A DNA stretch of 52,185 nt, taken from a virus. The position numbers and the translations under genes are program-made. Each line of letters starts with the position of its first letter. Positions within the stretch are counted from its first letter, which is position 1. Positions 8,549 to 17,200 of the stretch are shown here, one piece after another. The notes beneath the pieces were generated by a model. That model had not been told where the DNA came from. It searched no databases and saw only the letters and a list, made by a program, of their open reading frames with translations. Location: positions 1 through 52,185 of the IMG/VR virus record IMGVR_UViG_3300045996_002710. The stretch is one strand, 5' to 3'.

Positions 8549-9375
8549 GCGAGGGCCAGTCGGCGGCGGATGTGGGAGATCTGCCGCGGCATGCTGCGTG
8601 CCAGCACTGCGACTTCACTCACCGGCGTGTCAGGTAGCCGGCGAGTGATCTCACACCGGATCTCGTTGGTGACCTCGACTTCATGCCCGGCCACAACGTG
8701 CTGCACGGCGAGCTCCAGGTCGCGGGCGACGGGTTCGATCGGGGGCAGGAGGCACGGCAGGGCGTCTGGGTCGTCGATCGCCGTGTCGTCCCAGGCGAGC
8801 GGTGGGAACCACCTCGACCGACGGGCGCGGGCCTTGGCCCGCAGCATCCCCGTCGACCACTCCGGAACCTGCATCGACAGGTCGTCGTACATGCGGGCGA
8901 TCGCCTGGCGTGTGTCCGGCAACGCGTCGCACCGGAACAGCCGGCTGAAGTTCGGTTCCCGCACGCCGAGCGCGTCGGCCATGACCCGGTTCTGCCAGCC
9001 GAGCGCGACGAGCGCCTGGAGGCGCCGGCGGAAAGCGGAGCCGGGCGCCGGCGGCACGACGACCGGTGTTGCGGGGTCGTGGGCCAGGAGACGTGCGGCG
9101 AGGTCCGCGCGGACGTCCCGCTGGTCCCGGTTACGCCAGTCCCGCAGAAGACGGACGGGCAGGCCGGTCAACGCGGCGACGGCAGCGTCGGTGACACCAG
9201 CCGCGGTGAACGAGTCGAGCCGCTCGCAGACCACGGCAACCGGGACGCGCAGGGTGACCCGGTCGGCCCGACCTTCACGGCACGCCTTCGAATACTCGGC
9301 GTACGCACGGCGGCAGGTGAAGCACCGGCAACGGTCGAGCTTGTACCGCCACCGACCGTGAGGGCGCTCGGTCAC
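8542..9375 (-). CDS. Putative DNA-binding protein (277 aa)
   Basis: Trimmed to the GTG at 9375 (GTGA overlap). N-terminal RCRCFTCRRAY zinc-like motif. Confidence 0.6.
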   Translation of the reverse strand: MTERPHGRWRYKLDRCRCFTCRRAYAEYSKACREGRADRVTLRVPVAVVCERLDSFTAAGVTDAAVAALTGLPVRLLRDWRNRDQRDVRADLAARLLAHDPATPVVVPPAPGSAFRRRLQALVALGWQNRVMADALGVREPNFSRLFRCDALPDTRQAIARMYDDLSMQVPEWSTGMLRAKARARRSRWFPPLAWDDTAIDDPDALPCLLPPIEPVARDLELAVQHVVAGHEVEVTNEIRCEITRRLPDTPVSEVAVLARSMPRQISHIRRRLALAC

Positions 9376-9608
9376 GAGGCCACCACCCGCATCGACCGGG
9401 GGATCCGCGGTGTCCGGGTGATCCGGCCGGCCGCCTCGAGCTCGGCCAGGTGGTGCGCCGCCGACGACGGGACGCACCCGACGAGCCGGGCAACGTCCCT
9501 GACCGTCGGTGCGTACCCGTACGAGGTCCAGTAGTCGCCGATGACCTCGAGGACGAGCCGCTGCCGGACGGTGAGGACACCGCGGTCGACGAGCCGGCGG
9601 GCGGTCAC
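9372..9608 (-). CDS. LexA-type winged-HTH DNA-binding domain protein with no peptidase domain (78 aa)
   Basis: LTVRQRLVLEVIGDYWTSYGYAPTVRDVARLVG..SSAAHHLAELEAAGRI matches the LexA N-terminal pattern. GTGA overlap at 9608. Confidence 0.7.
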   Translation of the reverse strand: MTARRLVDRGVLTVRQRLVLEVIGDYWTSYGYAPTVRDVARLVGCVPSSAAHHLAELEAAGRITRTPRIPRSMRVVAS

Positions 9609-10243
9609 GAACTGCTCCGGCAGGTGCAGGTGTCGCAGTGGCGCCGGGCAGCCGCAGTGGTCGGGGCAGGCCAAGCCTGGCGGTTGCCGGCACCTGCGGC
9701 GAATGCCCGGCGTTGCGCGACCGTGTTCACCGCGACGGAGACCGACAGCGTGCCCTTCGCGACGGACTGCTGTTCGTCGTCGTCCAGCTGGAGCAGGTCA
9801 AGGCGGGACTTCACCCAGCCCGGCGAGCGGGCCAGCGACGCGGCGACCTCCTCGCGGGACATCTTCACCGGCGCCTCGAACATCAGCCACTCCACCGCGC
9901 GGGCCTCGGCCATCGGGTCGAACGGCCTGGCGGTCGAGTGCATCGCCAGCTGCCGCAGGGTCCGCTGGACGTCGGTGAACGGGCTGTTCCGTGGGATCGC
10001 CATCAGCGAGCCGAGCCCGGCCAGGCGGGCGGCCTTGAGCCGGCGGTTCCCATCCCAGACCGGCCAGCGCCCGTCGATGGCCGGCTCGACGAGGACCGGC
10101 TGCTGCTGGCCGTGACGCTTCAGGCTCGCCGCCAGCTCGGTGACGTCGCCCAGGTCGCCGCGGGCGTTCACACCGTGGACGAGGTCGGCGATCGGGATAC
10201 GCAGGACACCGGCGACGATCTCCGGGCTCTTCGTGGTCGTCAC
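9605..10243 (-). CDS. ParB-like N-terminal (ParB/Srx nuclease-type) domain protein
   Basis: PVLV..DGNRRLKAARLAG box typical of the ParB N-terminal domain. Confidence 0.75.
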   Translation of the reverse strand: MTTTKSPEIVAGVLRIPIADLVHGVNARGDLGDVTELAASLKRHGQQQPVLVEPAIDGRWPVWDGNRRLKAARLAGLGSLMAIPRNSPFTDVQRTLRQLAMHSTARPFDPMAEARAVEWLMFEAPVKMSREEVAASLARSPGWVKSRLDLLQLDDDEQQSVAKGTLSVSVAVNTVAQRRAFAAGAGNRQAWPAPTTAAARRHCDTCTCRSSS

Positions 10244-10746
10244 GATGCGCCCTCCTTCCTGACGTCGTGGTAGAGACCGGTCGAGGTGAGGTAGACGAGC
10301 CGCCGCTCGATCGGCAGGAGCACCGGGATGGCGAGCGGCTCCGCGCGGCCGCGGATCAGCCAGCCGCCCTCGCGAGACGCGGCAGGGTTGGCGTGCACGA
10401 CCTGATGGCAGCCGTCGACCTCGGACCCGCCGCAGAGCAGGATGCAGTTCTGCACCGTGTGCTGGACCTGCTGCCCGCGGCGCAGCCGGTGATGGATCGA
10501 CCAGCGGCGGCCGCGCTCGTTCGGGCCCACGCCGTACCCGCAGATCAGGCAGGACTCCCGCTCGCGCTCTACTACGGCAGCGACGACATCAGCGGGCGGT
10601 CCGACCGGACCGCTCACCTTCCTCGGTGCGCTCTTCCGGGCCCCGGGCTGCTCCCGGCCGGCCTTCTGCTGCATCGGGGTAACCCGGCGCAGGCCGGTCT
10701 TCGCCACGAGGGGCGTGTACCGCTGGAGTGGGCCGCCGCGCTTCAT
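10240..10746 (-). CDS. HNH endonuclease (168 aa)
   Basis: CLICG..IHHRLRRG..NCILLCG..GCHQVVH. Trimmed to the ATG at 10746 (ATGA overlap). Confidence 0.75.
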   Translation of the reverse strand: MKRGGPLQRYTPLVAKTGLRRVTPMQQKAGREQPGARKSAPRKVSGPVGPPADVVAAVVERERESCLICGYGVGPNERGRRWSIHHRLRRGQQVQHTVQNCILLCGGSEVDGCHQVVHANPAASREGGWLIRGRAEPLAIPVLLPIERRLVYLTSTGLYHDVRKEGAS

Positions 10747-11138
10747 GACGCCGCCAGGTCGAACAGGGTGGGCTGGTCGACGACCGCGGCGCGGCCGGGC
10801 GGCTGCTCGCCGTGCCGACGCGAACCCCGAGCCGCCGAGTCGACCGCGAACAGGCCCGGGCTGTCGGCGCGGCACGAGCACGGGCACACCCACCGGCACG
10901 GCTTGCCGGCCAGCCACACCTGGGTCCGGGCGCCGCCGCGGCGGTCGATGACGTACGTCTCGCAGGTCGGCGGCGGGGTCCACACCGTGTGCGCGCACTT
11001 CAGGTGCTCACCGCTGACGCAGTACCCGCACCGGCCCCACTGGCAGGGGCAGTGGGTGATCAGCGCGTTGTGGGTGAAGTCGTCGACGCGCGCCAGGACG
11101 ACAGTCCTGACCCACGCAGCAGCGTCGGCATCCATCAC
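10743..11138 (-). CDS. Cys-rich hypothetical protein (131 aa)
   Basis: HCPCQWGRCGYCVSGEHLKC and CRWVCPCSC clusters. Confidence 0.65.
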   Translation of the reverse strand: MMDADAAAWVRTVVLARVDDFTHNALITHCPCQWGRCGYCVSGEHLKCAHTVWTPPPTCETYVIDRRGGARTQVWLAGKPCRWVCPCSCRADSPGLFAVDSAARGSRRHGEQPPGRAAVVDQPTLFDLAAS

Positions 11139-11383
11139 GGGAGCCTCCTCGGCGGGTTCTGCTCCTCGGCCAGCCGGCGCCGCTGCCGCAGAGCGGTGCG
11201 AACGAACTCGGCAGCCTTGTACGTCGCCAGGTCGGCGACAAGGCGGGCGTTGGCGTGCTCCAGCTCGGCGATCCGCTCCGCCCTGGCCTCCAACAAGCCG
11301 TCCCGGTAGTCGATCTGCGCCTCGGTAACAAGCTCATCGACAGGACGGAGTGGCCAGCGGAGACGACGGAACCAGCGGGTCAC
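11135..11383 (-). CDS. Hypothetical coiled-coil protein (82 aa)
   Basis: Minus-strand ORF in the coupled operon. Confidence 0.55.
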   Translation of the reverse strand: MTRWFRRLRWPLRPVDELVTEAQIDYRDGLLEARAERIAELEHANARLVADLATYKAAEFVRTALRQRRRLAEEQNPPRRLP

Positions 11384-11667
11384 GACGGCTCACCGACGTA
11401 ACGGGCGTAGATCCGGCCGGTGCCGTCGTTCATCCGCGAGGCGATTTCGAAGGCGCCGATGGGCAGGAATGCCCCAGTGCGGCCCCTACGGAACTGATTG
11501 GCGAGGGACGTCGCGGATTTGTCTCCGCCCTCGAACACGACCGCCCAGCGCTGCGGATTGGCGCGCAGCTGTGCAGCAACGAACTCGTAGAGGCTCGGGC
11601 GGGACTTGGGACCGGGACGGCCGGTCCTCGACGGGGGCGGGTCTTCCCACCGCAGGACACCAGTCAT
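11380..11667 (-). CDS. Hypothetical protein (95 aa)
   Basis: Minus-strand ORF in the coupled operon. Confidence 0.6.
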   Translation of the reverse strand: MTGVLRWEDPPPSRTGRPGPKSRPSLYEFVAAQLRANPQRWAVVFEGGDKSATSLANQFRRGRTGAFLPIGAFEIASRMNDGTGRIYARYVGEPS

Positions 11668-12029
11668 CGGTCTACCTCCGGAGCGACGTACAACCCGACC
11701 AGCGCATCAGCAGTCGACCGAAGCCCGGACAGCTCCGGGTCGGCGTCGACCATCAACCGCAGCTGCAGGTTCACGAGGGACATCGGCTGGTGGGCTCGGT
11801 CAAGGTCAGAACCGGCAACGACGAAGGGGCCCGCCTCGGTCAGCGGCCGTGCACGCTCGTACGCGACGTCGGGCTCGGCGGACCCCTCTTCGATGCCGTC
11901 CTTCGGGACCTCAGCTGCTTCGGGCGGGTACGGTCCGGTCTCGCGGTCGAAGAGCAGCACGAGGCCGAACAGCCCAGCCATGGCTCCGACGACCACCACG
12001 ACGAGCACGGCTGCTATGAGGGCGGTCAC
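11664..12029 (-). CDS. Membrane-anchored hypothetical protein (121 aa)
   Basis: Trimmed to the GTG at 12029 (GTGA overlap). N-terminal hydrophobic helix ALIAAVLVVVVVGAMAGLFGLVLLF. Confidence 0.6.
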   Translation of the reverse strand: MTALIAAVLVVVVVGAMAGLFGLVLLFDRETGPYPPEAAEVPKDGIEEGSAEPDVAYERARPLTEAGPFVVAGSDLDRAHQPMSLVNLQLRLMVDADPELSGLRSTADALVGLYVAPEVDR

Positions 12030-12874
12030 GTGAGCACCTCGCGGACCTCGCCCAGCTCGCGGACCTCGCGCCAGTAGTAGAGGACGTTGTCCTTGTCGAC
12101 CCACCCGTCGCGATGCTCGGGGTGCCGCCGTAGTACGCCAGCGTCTCCGGCCTCGACCGCCTCCAGGTCGTCCGGCGCGGCGTCGAGCTTCGGCCAGGTG
12201 CGTGGCTCGCGCGGCGGGGCGAACTCGACGGTGACGGTGCCCTCGCGCTCAAGTAGGCCGCTGAGGGTATACAGGTAGTCCGTCCCCGGGCCATCGCCGG
12301 TCCAGTGCTCGCCGAACAGCTTGTAGCGCCGCCCGCTCTCGCCACCGACCAGCGCGACCGCACCGTCCGGCACCTGCGGCAGGGACAGCACGACCGAGCC
12401 GGACTCGGCGGCCCTCGGCCGCGCTGGGCCGGGCGGCCGGTGTGACGGTTCGGACAGCAGCGGACGCCAGTCGCCGCGCTGCGGGTATCCGCTGTCGCAC
12501 TCGTCGCAGCCGCCGCCCGCGTGGTCGTACGTCTTCTCCAGCACGCCGATCGGGAACGCCTCGACGTAGCCGCAGAGGTGCTGCCACAGCGGCACGCCGT
12601 CCTCGTTGTGGGCCTGTGCGATGCACGGCTCGGCGGGCTGCGGTTCGGGGTCGACCTCGACCACCGTCATCGGGAACCACCGCTCGCACTTGGTCAGCTC
12701 GTCCCACCGGCAGCCACGCCCGGTCGAGGGGCCGCGGTCGAGCTGCTCCCAGCCGCCCTGTGTGGTGCGCACCCAGCGGTCGGTGTCGGCATCGCGCAGC
12801 ACGGTGACGTTGGCCGGGATGGGCTGGCCGTGCTCGATGACGTCGCCCACCCGGGCGAGAGTCTGATCGGTCAT
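12026..12874 (-). CDS. Hypothetical protein (282 aa)
   Basis: Long high-GC3 ORF. No family recognised. Confidence 0.7.
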   Translation of the reverse strand: MTDQTLARVGDVIEHGQPIPANVTVLRDADTDRWVRTTQGGWEQLDRGPSTGRGCRWDELTKCERWFPMTVVEVDPEPQPAEPCIAQAHNEDGVPLWQHLCGYVEAFPIGVLEKTYDHAGGGCDECDSGYPQRGDWRPLLSEPSHRPPGPARPRAAESGSVVLSLPQVPDGAVALVGGESGRRYKLFGEHWTGDGPGTDYLYTLSGLLEREGTVTVEFAPPREPRTWPKLDAAPDDLEAVEAGDAGVLRRHPEHRDGWVDKDNVLYYWREVRELGEVREVLT

Positions 12875-13248
12875 GACGTCACCTCAGGCTCACGCAGGAC
12901 GGTGCGGGCGAGCTTCACAGCGGCGGTCCAGTCGAACCGTGTGGTGCCGTACTCGTTGCGGACGAAGCCGTCGGGCTCGATCCGATCCCCGGCGTCCGAG
13001 ATGTCGTCAGCGACATGGTCGAGCAGCTCGGCCATGGCGAGCGCAACCGGCGGGTGCATCAGGGCGATGTACGAGGCGTCGGGACGCGTCCCGGCCAGCT
13101 CCATCGTGTCGGCGATCATCATGCCGCCGTCGGAGGTGGTGACCTCGCTGTCCTTCAGGTCAACGGCCCAGCCGTCGGCGCCGAAGTTCGTGGCGTTGGC
13201 GTGCTCGCGGAGCTTCGCGGCCGCGCGGCGCAGGAGATCACTGCTCAT
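12871..13248 (-). CDS. Hypothetical protein (125 aa), loosely DUF6221-like
   Basis: SYIALMHPPVALAMAELL segment resembles the conserved core of the gene at 51830. Confidence 0.6.
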   Translation of the reverse strand: MSSDLLRRAAAKLREHANATNFGADGWAVDLKDSEVTTSDGGMMIADTMELAGTRPDASYIALMHPPVALAMAELLDHVADDISDAGDRIEPDGFVRNEYGTTRFDWTAAVKLARTVLREPEVTS

Positions 13249-13402
13249 CGGTGCTGTCCTTCAAAGCCGGGTCGGGCAGGGTCGGGAAATTGGTTGAGCG
13301 CGGGAACGTCCAGTCGGCGTCGGGTTCCCGGGCGGGAAGCCACCACGGGAGCCGGGCGGGGACGTCGTCGATGAGGTCTGAGTCGACGAGGAAAAGGCTC
13401 AT
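13238..13402 (-). CDS. Small hypothetical protein (54 aa; below the ORF-track cutoff)
   Basis: My own translation: MSLFLVDSDLIDDVPARLPWWLPAREPDADWTFPRSTNFPTLPDPALKDSTDEQ. ATGA overlap at 13402. Better GC3 than the Arg-rich track ORF 13245..13433. Confidence 0.5.
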   Translation of the reverse strand: MSLFLVDSDLIDDVPARLPWWLPAREPDADWTFPRSTNFPTLPDPALKDSTDEQ

Positions 13403-13881
13403 GACGTCTCGCTCCACTTCGGGAAGAGCGCATCGAAGAGGTGTGACAGGTCAGCCGCCGTGATCGTCTTGCCGTCGGCGAGCAGGTTGACCAAGCCGTC
13501 GTGGGCCTGCTGCGCCTGCTGGACCTGCTTGCCGAGCTGGACGACTTCGGCGCGCGCCTCGTCCCGCTCGGCGGTCAACTCGGCCACTTGGCGAAGGTGG
13601 GCCTCGAAGATTGCGCGGTGCCGCTCGGCATGCGCGGCTGCCGACGCCCGCACGCTGGCCAACTGGGCGCGCAGGGCGTTGTTGATGTCCGTCGCCGCCT
13701 GTGCCTGCTCCCGCATCGACTCAATGAAGATCTCGAAACTGCTCGCCGTCATCGCGTGGCTGCCACGCTCGTTCATTGCTCGCCAGCGGGCGGACATCCA
13801 GGCCAGTCGGTACCGCGCGGCGTAGCGCGCGTCCTCGTCGCCGAAGATCTCATCGACGGTCCACGTCGGCATGTCGCTCAC
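13399..13881 (-). CDS. Coiled-coil hypothetical protein (160 aa)
   Basis: Long Ala/Gln/Glu heptad-like stretch. Confidence 0.65.
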   Translation of the reverse strand: MSDMPTWTVDEIFGDEDARYAARYRLAWMSARWRAMNERGSHAMTASSFEIFIESMREQAQAATDINNALRAQLASVRASAAAHAERHRAIFEAHLRQVAELTAERDEARAEVVQLGKQVQQAQQAHDGLVNLLADGKTITAADLSHLFDALFPKWSETS

Positions 13882-14393
13882 CGGGATACCCCTGCCTTGC
13901 CGCGGGCGAGGATGGCGGCCATCTCCGCCTTGGTCCAGCCCGTTGTGAAGCCTTCGGGTTCGAACGGCTCGGGCTCAGAGAGCGGCACCGAGGTGAGCGG
14001 CACGGCAGGCTCTGTGGGGTGTGTCCAGGTGAACCTGGACAGCCAGCCGGCGGTGACGTCGTTCCACAGGTCCGGTTCGGCGACGGGCCGGTCGTCGGGG
14101 ATCGGAGCGGCGAGCGGGTCGATGTCGAACGCCATCACCATCAGCTGTTCGCCGGTGCCGATCTCTTCGAAGTAGGCGACCAGTTCGGCGGCCTCTTCCT
14201 CTTCGGCCTGCGAAAGCGGCTCGTCCCGGGCGGCTTCGGCTTCGCTGCGCGCGTGGCCACGGTCGACGTTGCGCGGCTGCTCGGGGTCCCGTTCGTCTTT
14301 CACCTCGGTGCCGCTCTTGCGGACGCGGACGGCCACGGCCACACCGACACCGAGGAGGACGAGGATGCCGATTGCGATCAGGACGTCAGCCAT
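13878..14393 (-). CDS. Membrane-anchored acidic protein (171 aa)
   Basis: N-terminal helix VLIAIGILVLLGVGVAVAV followed by an acidic region. Confidence 0.65.
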   Translation of the reverse strand: MADVLIAIGILVLLGVGVAVAVRVRKSGTEVKDERDPEQPRNVDRGHARSEAEAARDEPLSQAEEEEAAELVAYFEEIGTGEQLMVMAFDIDPLAAPIPDDRPVAEPDLWNDVTAGWLSRFTWTHPTEPAVPLTSVPLSEPEPFEPEGFTTGWTKAEMAAILARGKAGVSR

Positions 14394-14655
14394 GGTCGAT
14401 CACCCGGCCCTCGATGCGCCCGTTCGACACCAGCTCAGACGGGCCTCGGAAGCCCTCCATCTCGACGAGCAGTTCGAACCAGGCGAGCGGGTCTTGGTCA
14501 CCCTGGCCGTAGTCGGCGATGTACCAGCGGTACTGCTCACCGCCCGGCTCGACGTGCTGATCGGTCCGGTGAGCGACGGCCCACAGGTCGTCGTGCTGGT
14601 CCCACCAGGCGACGATGGTGCCTTCGGGCGGCTCCGGAAGGGTGTGCTCAGGCAT
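14386..14655 (-). CDS. Hypothetical protein (89 aa)
   Basis: Minus-strand ORF in the coupled operon. Confidence 0.6.
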   Translation of the reverse strand: MPEHTLPEPPEGTIVAWWDQHDDLWAVAHRTDQHVEPGGEQYRWYIADYGQGDQDPLAWFELLVEMEGFRGPSELVSNGRIEGRVIDHG

Positions 14656-15016
14656 TGCTCGCCTCCATGTCGAGGTCGGAGTAGCCGCCCTTGTCGAAGA
14701 CGCCGACGAAGGCGACGACCGCAGCGGGCAGGTTGACGACGAGCGCAGGTTGGGCGAGGTCCAGGTCGTAGCCCTCGACGTGGCCGCTCACGGTCCGGTT
14801 GTCCGTCTCGCTGAACGCCTCGCTCCACACGCTCACCGACGCCATGTCCGGCACCGATGCGAGCAGGTAGTGGGCGATCGGGCAGTTCGACTCCTGATCG
14901 CGGCAGCCCCGGAAGCCCATCGCTGACAGGTTGGTGGCGACAGCGTTCGGTGTGGTGCCGAGAGCGGCGAGGGCGGAGGTCAGGCCCTCTTCGGTGAAGG
15001 GGTATGTGGTCGTCAT
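14648..15016 (-). CDS. Hypothetical protein (122 aa)
   Basis: Trimmed to the ATG at 15016 (ATGA overlap). Confidence 0.6.
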   Translation of the reverse strand: MTTTYPFTEEGLTSALAALGTTPNAVATNLSAMGFRGCRDQESNCPIAHYLLASVPDMASVSVWSEAFSETDNRTVSGHVEGYDLDLAQPALVVNLPAAVVAFVGVFDKGGYSDLDMEASNA

Positions 15017-15231
15017 GACCGCACCGCCGCAACGGTCAGCGGGGCGAACTTGGCGGGGTCCTGCGTCTGGCCGCCAACACACCGGCCCTCGACGCAGCGC
15101 TGCACACCGGTGGCGCTCCCGTGCCAGTGACCGTTCACGAGGAACCAAGGGTCGTCTTCGTTGTCGAATAGGCCGGTGACGTCTTCGGGGATCGTGTCGC
15201 CCTCTTCGATGACTGTGCCGATGGCGGTCAC
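15013..15231 (-). CDS. Hypothetical protein (72 aa)
   Basis: Minus-strand ORF in the coupled operon. Confidence 0.55.
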   Translation of the reverse strand: MTAIGTVIEEGDTIPEDVTGLFDNEDDPWFLVNGHWHGSATGVQRCVEGRCVGGQTQDPAKFAPLTVAAVRS

Positions 15232-15464
15232 GCGGTCACGTCCTCGATGAGCTTGTAGCCGGTGGACGACGGCCGGAAGCGGTCCAGCCGGACGCGACCC
15301 GTGCGGCTGTTGACGCCGATGTCGCCGTCGTACCAGGTCTCGACCTGCGCGTGCGTGTCGCCGACGACGGTGACGCGGACCAGCCGCTTGCCCCTCTTCA
15401 TCTCGGCGATTCGGGGGTCGTTGTCCTGCCAGAGCTGACCGGCGCGGACTTCGATGTCGCTCAT
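15228..15464 (-). CDS. Hypothetical protein (78 aa)
   Basis: Minus-strand ORF in the coupled operon. Confidence 0.6.
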   Translation of the reverse strand: MSDIEVRAGQLWQDNDPRIAEMKRGKRLVRVTVVGDTHAQVETWYDGDIGVNSRTGRVRLDRFRPSSTGYKLIEDVTA

Positions 15465-15553
15465 GCCTTCGGTCCTTCCGGTGAGTTCTTCAGGGCGTAG
15501 CCCGTGACGCCGAGGACGAGCGCCCAGAGCAGCAGCAGGGAGATGCCGTTCAC
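15461..15553 (-). CDS. Micro-ORF encoding a 30-aa single-pass membrane peptide
   Basis: My own translation: VNGISLLLLWALVLGVTGYALKNSPEGPKA. GTGA overlap upstream and ATGA overlap downstream. Confidence 0.45.
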   Translation of the reverse strand: MNGISLLLLWALVLGVTGYALKNSPEGPKA

Positions 15554-15918
15554 GACTGCGCCCCGTATCGCTTCATGCAGCGGTAGCAGTACGACTGGTG
15601 TCCGCCTGCAGGCCAGCGCTTCGCCCGGGGCGAGATCTCCTGCTCGCAGGCGCAGCAGAAGGCGTCGCGCTCGAATCGGTCGGCGAGCCGCTCGTACTGG
15701 TGGTCACCCAGCAGCGACCGCGCCATCGGGTCGAACCGGTCGGGCGTGAGGTGCTCCCGGAGCTGGACGAGGACGCCCCGAGCGCCCTCGCCGAACTCGC
15801 ACTGCCAGTTCAGGGCGTTGATGCACAGCCGGAAGATGTCCTGCCCGCCGTCGATGGTGATCGTGGCCTTGCTGTCGCGGTGGGTGTCGCCGCCGGCGAA
15901 CTCGAACTTGGCGTTCAC
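15550..15918 (-). CDS. Cys-containing hypothetical protein (122 aa)
   Basis: GTGA-coupled start. C-terminal CCAC..CYRC. Confidence 0.6.
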   Translation of the reverse strand: MNAKFEFAGGDTHRDSKATITIDGGQDIFRLCINALNWQCEFGEGARGVLVQLREHLTPDRFDPMARSLLGDHQYERLADRFERDAFCCACEQEISPRAKRWPAGGHQSYCYRCMKRYGAQS

Positions 15919-16106
15919 GACTGCTCCCGGGCCATCTCGTCGAGCTGCTCGGCGGCGGACCGCTTCGCGCCGGCGACCGCGCTGAGGCTGGACGCCGCGT
16001 CGAGGAGGTTGACGGCACCGAAGACGACGCCTGCGATGAGGTCGAGGAGGTCGGCTTCGTCGCGGAGGCGGGCGGCGGTGGCGGCGTGCTGGACAGCGGT
16101 GGTCAT
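15915..16106 (-). CDS. Hypothetical protein (63 aa)
   Basis: Trimmed to the ATG at 16106 (ATGA overlap). Confidence 0.5.
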   Translation of the reverse strand: MTTAVQHAATAARLRDEADLLDLIAGVVFGAVNLLDAASSLSAVAGAKRSAAEQLDEMAREQS

Positions 16107-16390
16107 GCCTGGCTCCCTCTGTGCTCGGCCAGGACCTGCATGCCGAGCGGCTCGATGCGGTAGTAGGTGCGGTTGGGCTGTTCGCGGCTGCCGCGCTGCT
16201 CGCCCGGCGTCAAAGCCCTCACCCACCCGTGCTTGACCAGCTCCCTGACCCGCTCGGTGACCCGCATCCCGAGGGCGAGGTCCCAGACGACGTGGTCTTC
16301 GAGGTAGACCCGGGCCGGGTCGGAGTGGATGGCCCGGAGTAGGGCGAGGCGGGTGCGGGTCGGGTAGAGGCCGTTCACGGCGCCGCTCAT
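16103..16390 (-). CDS. Winged-helix-like hypothetical protein (95 aa)
   Basis: Trimmed to the ATG at 16390 (ATGA overlap). Contains RVRELVKHGWVR..YYRIEPLG. Confidence 0.55.
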   Translation of the reverse strand: MSGAVNGLYPTRTRLALLRAIHSDPARVYLEDHVVWDLALGMRVTERVRELVKHGWVRALTPGEQRGSREQPNRTYYRIEPLGMQVLAEHRGSQA

Positions 16391-16713
16391 GAGGCACCGC
16401 CGATGACCTCGACGTGGTACTGCGCGAGCCCCGACAGGCGGGAGCCGGACAGCGAAGGCGCGTCGAGCAGGACCACCATCTCGATGTCGGGCTTGCCGTA
16501 CGTCAGGGACCACGCCGAGTTGGGCTTCTCGGTGATGGCCACCACGCCGCCGGTGCCGTTCTCGTACGCCTCCGGCCACCGGTGACCGACGTGGCGGACG
16601 CGGACGCCGGCGCGGAGCTTCCCGTGCTGCTCGACGTCGCGGTAGCCGCGCTCGTGCAGCTCGGCGAGCATCTCCTCGGCGCGCTTCTGCTCTTCTGGCG
16701 TCATCTCGCTCAT
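16387..16713 (-). CDS. Hypothetical protein (108 aa)
   Basis: Trimmed to the ATG at 16713. The upstream part of the track ORF is Arg-rich shadow. Confidence 0.6.
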   Translation of the reverse strand: MSEMTPEEQKRAEEMLAELHERGYRDVEQHGKLRAGVRVRHVGHRWPEAYENGTGGVVAITEKPNSAWSLTYGKPDIEMVVLLDAPSLSGSRLSGLAQYHVEVIGGAS

Positions 16714-16814
16714 CGGGCTGTCACCACCGCGATAGCCGTGGCACCGAGGTAGAGCAGGACAGCCACGATGGCGATGCCGGCGGCGACGGCGAGGTTGCGG
16801 GCGAGGCGCTTCAC
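16710..16814 (-). CDS. Micro-ORF encoding a 34-aa single-pass membrane peptide
   Basis: My own translation: VKRLARNLAVAAGIAIVAVLLYLGATAIAVVTAR. GTGA overlap upstream and ATGA overlap downstream. Confidence 0.45.
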   Translation of the reverse strand: MKRLARNLAVAAGIAIVAVLLYLGATAIAVVTAR

Positions 16815-17200
16815 GACTGCTCACCCCGGATCCACAGAGCGATGCGGTCCAGGCGACGCAGGACCACGGGGTCTGCGAACGGCGACCCGGATGCGACGTA
16901 CGCCCGCAGCGATGCGACCTCTGTCGCGACGGCCGCCATCACGTCGCTTACTCCGGTGCGCAGGGCAGCGGGCGTCATCCCGGCGACGATGCAGTCCCCG
17001 GTGCCCCGGTAGTGCGGCCGAGCCGGGTTCTTGCACCAGCAGTCCGCGTTGCCCCACGGGTCCGCTCCGGTGCGCTCTTCAGCCGGCGTGACGGGCTGCT
17101 TGACGGGTTCGTTGACGGGCTGGTTGGCGGCGCGGTCGGCTGCGAGGCGGGCCGCGTGCGCGGCGACGTGGACGTTGAAGTCCTGCCCGGCGTCGGTCAT
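16811..17200 (-). CDS. Hypothetical protein (129 aa)
   Basis: Trimmed to the ATG at 17200 (ATGA overlap). Confidence 0.6.
   Translation of the reverse strand: MTDAGQDFNVHVAAHAARLAADRAANQPVNEPVKQPVTPAEERTGADPWGNADCWCKNPARPHYRGTGDCIVAGMTPAALRTGVSDVMAAVATEVASLRAYVASGSPFADPVVLRRLDRIALWIRGEQS

Noticed and set aside
13245-13433. 62-aa minus-strand track ORF
   Set aside because: Arg/Pro-rich. An alternative frame (13238..13402) with an ATGA-coupled start and higher GC3 fits better.
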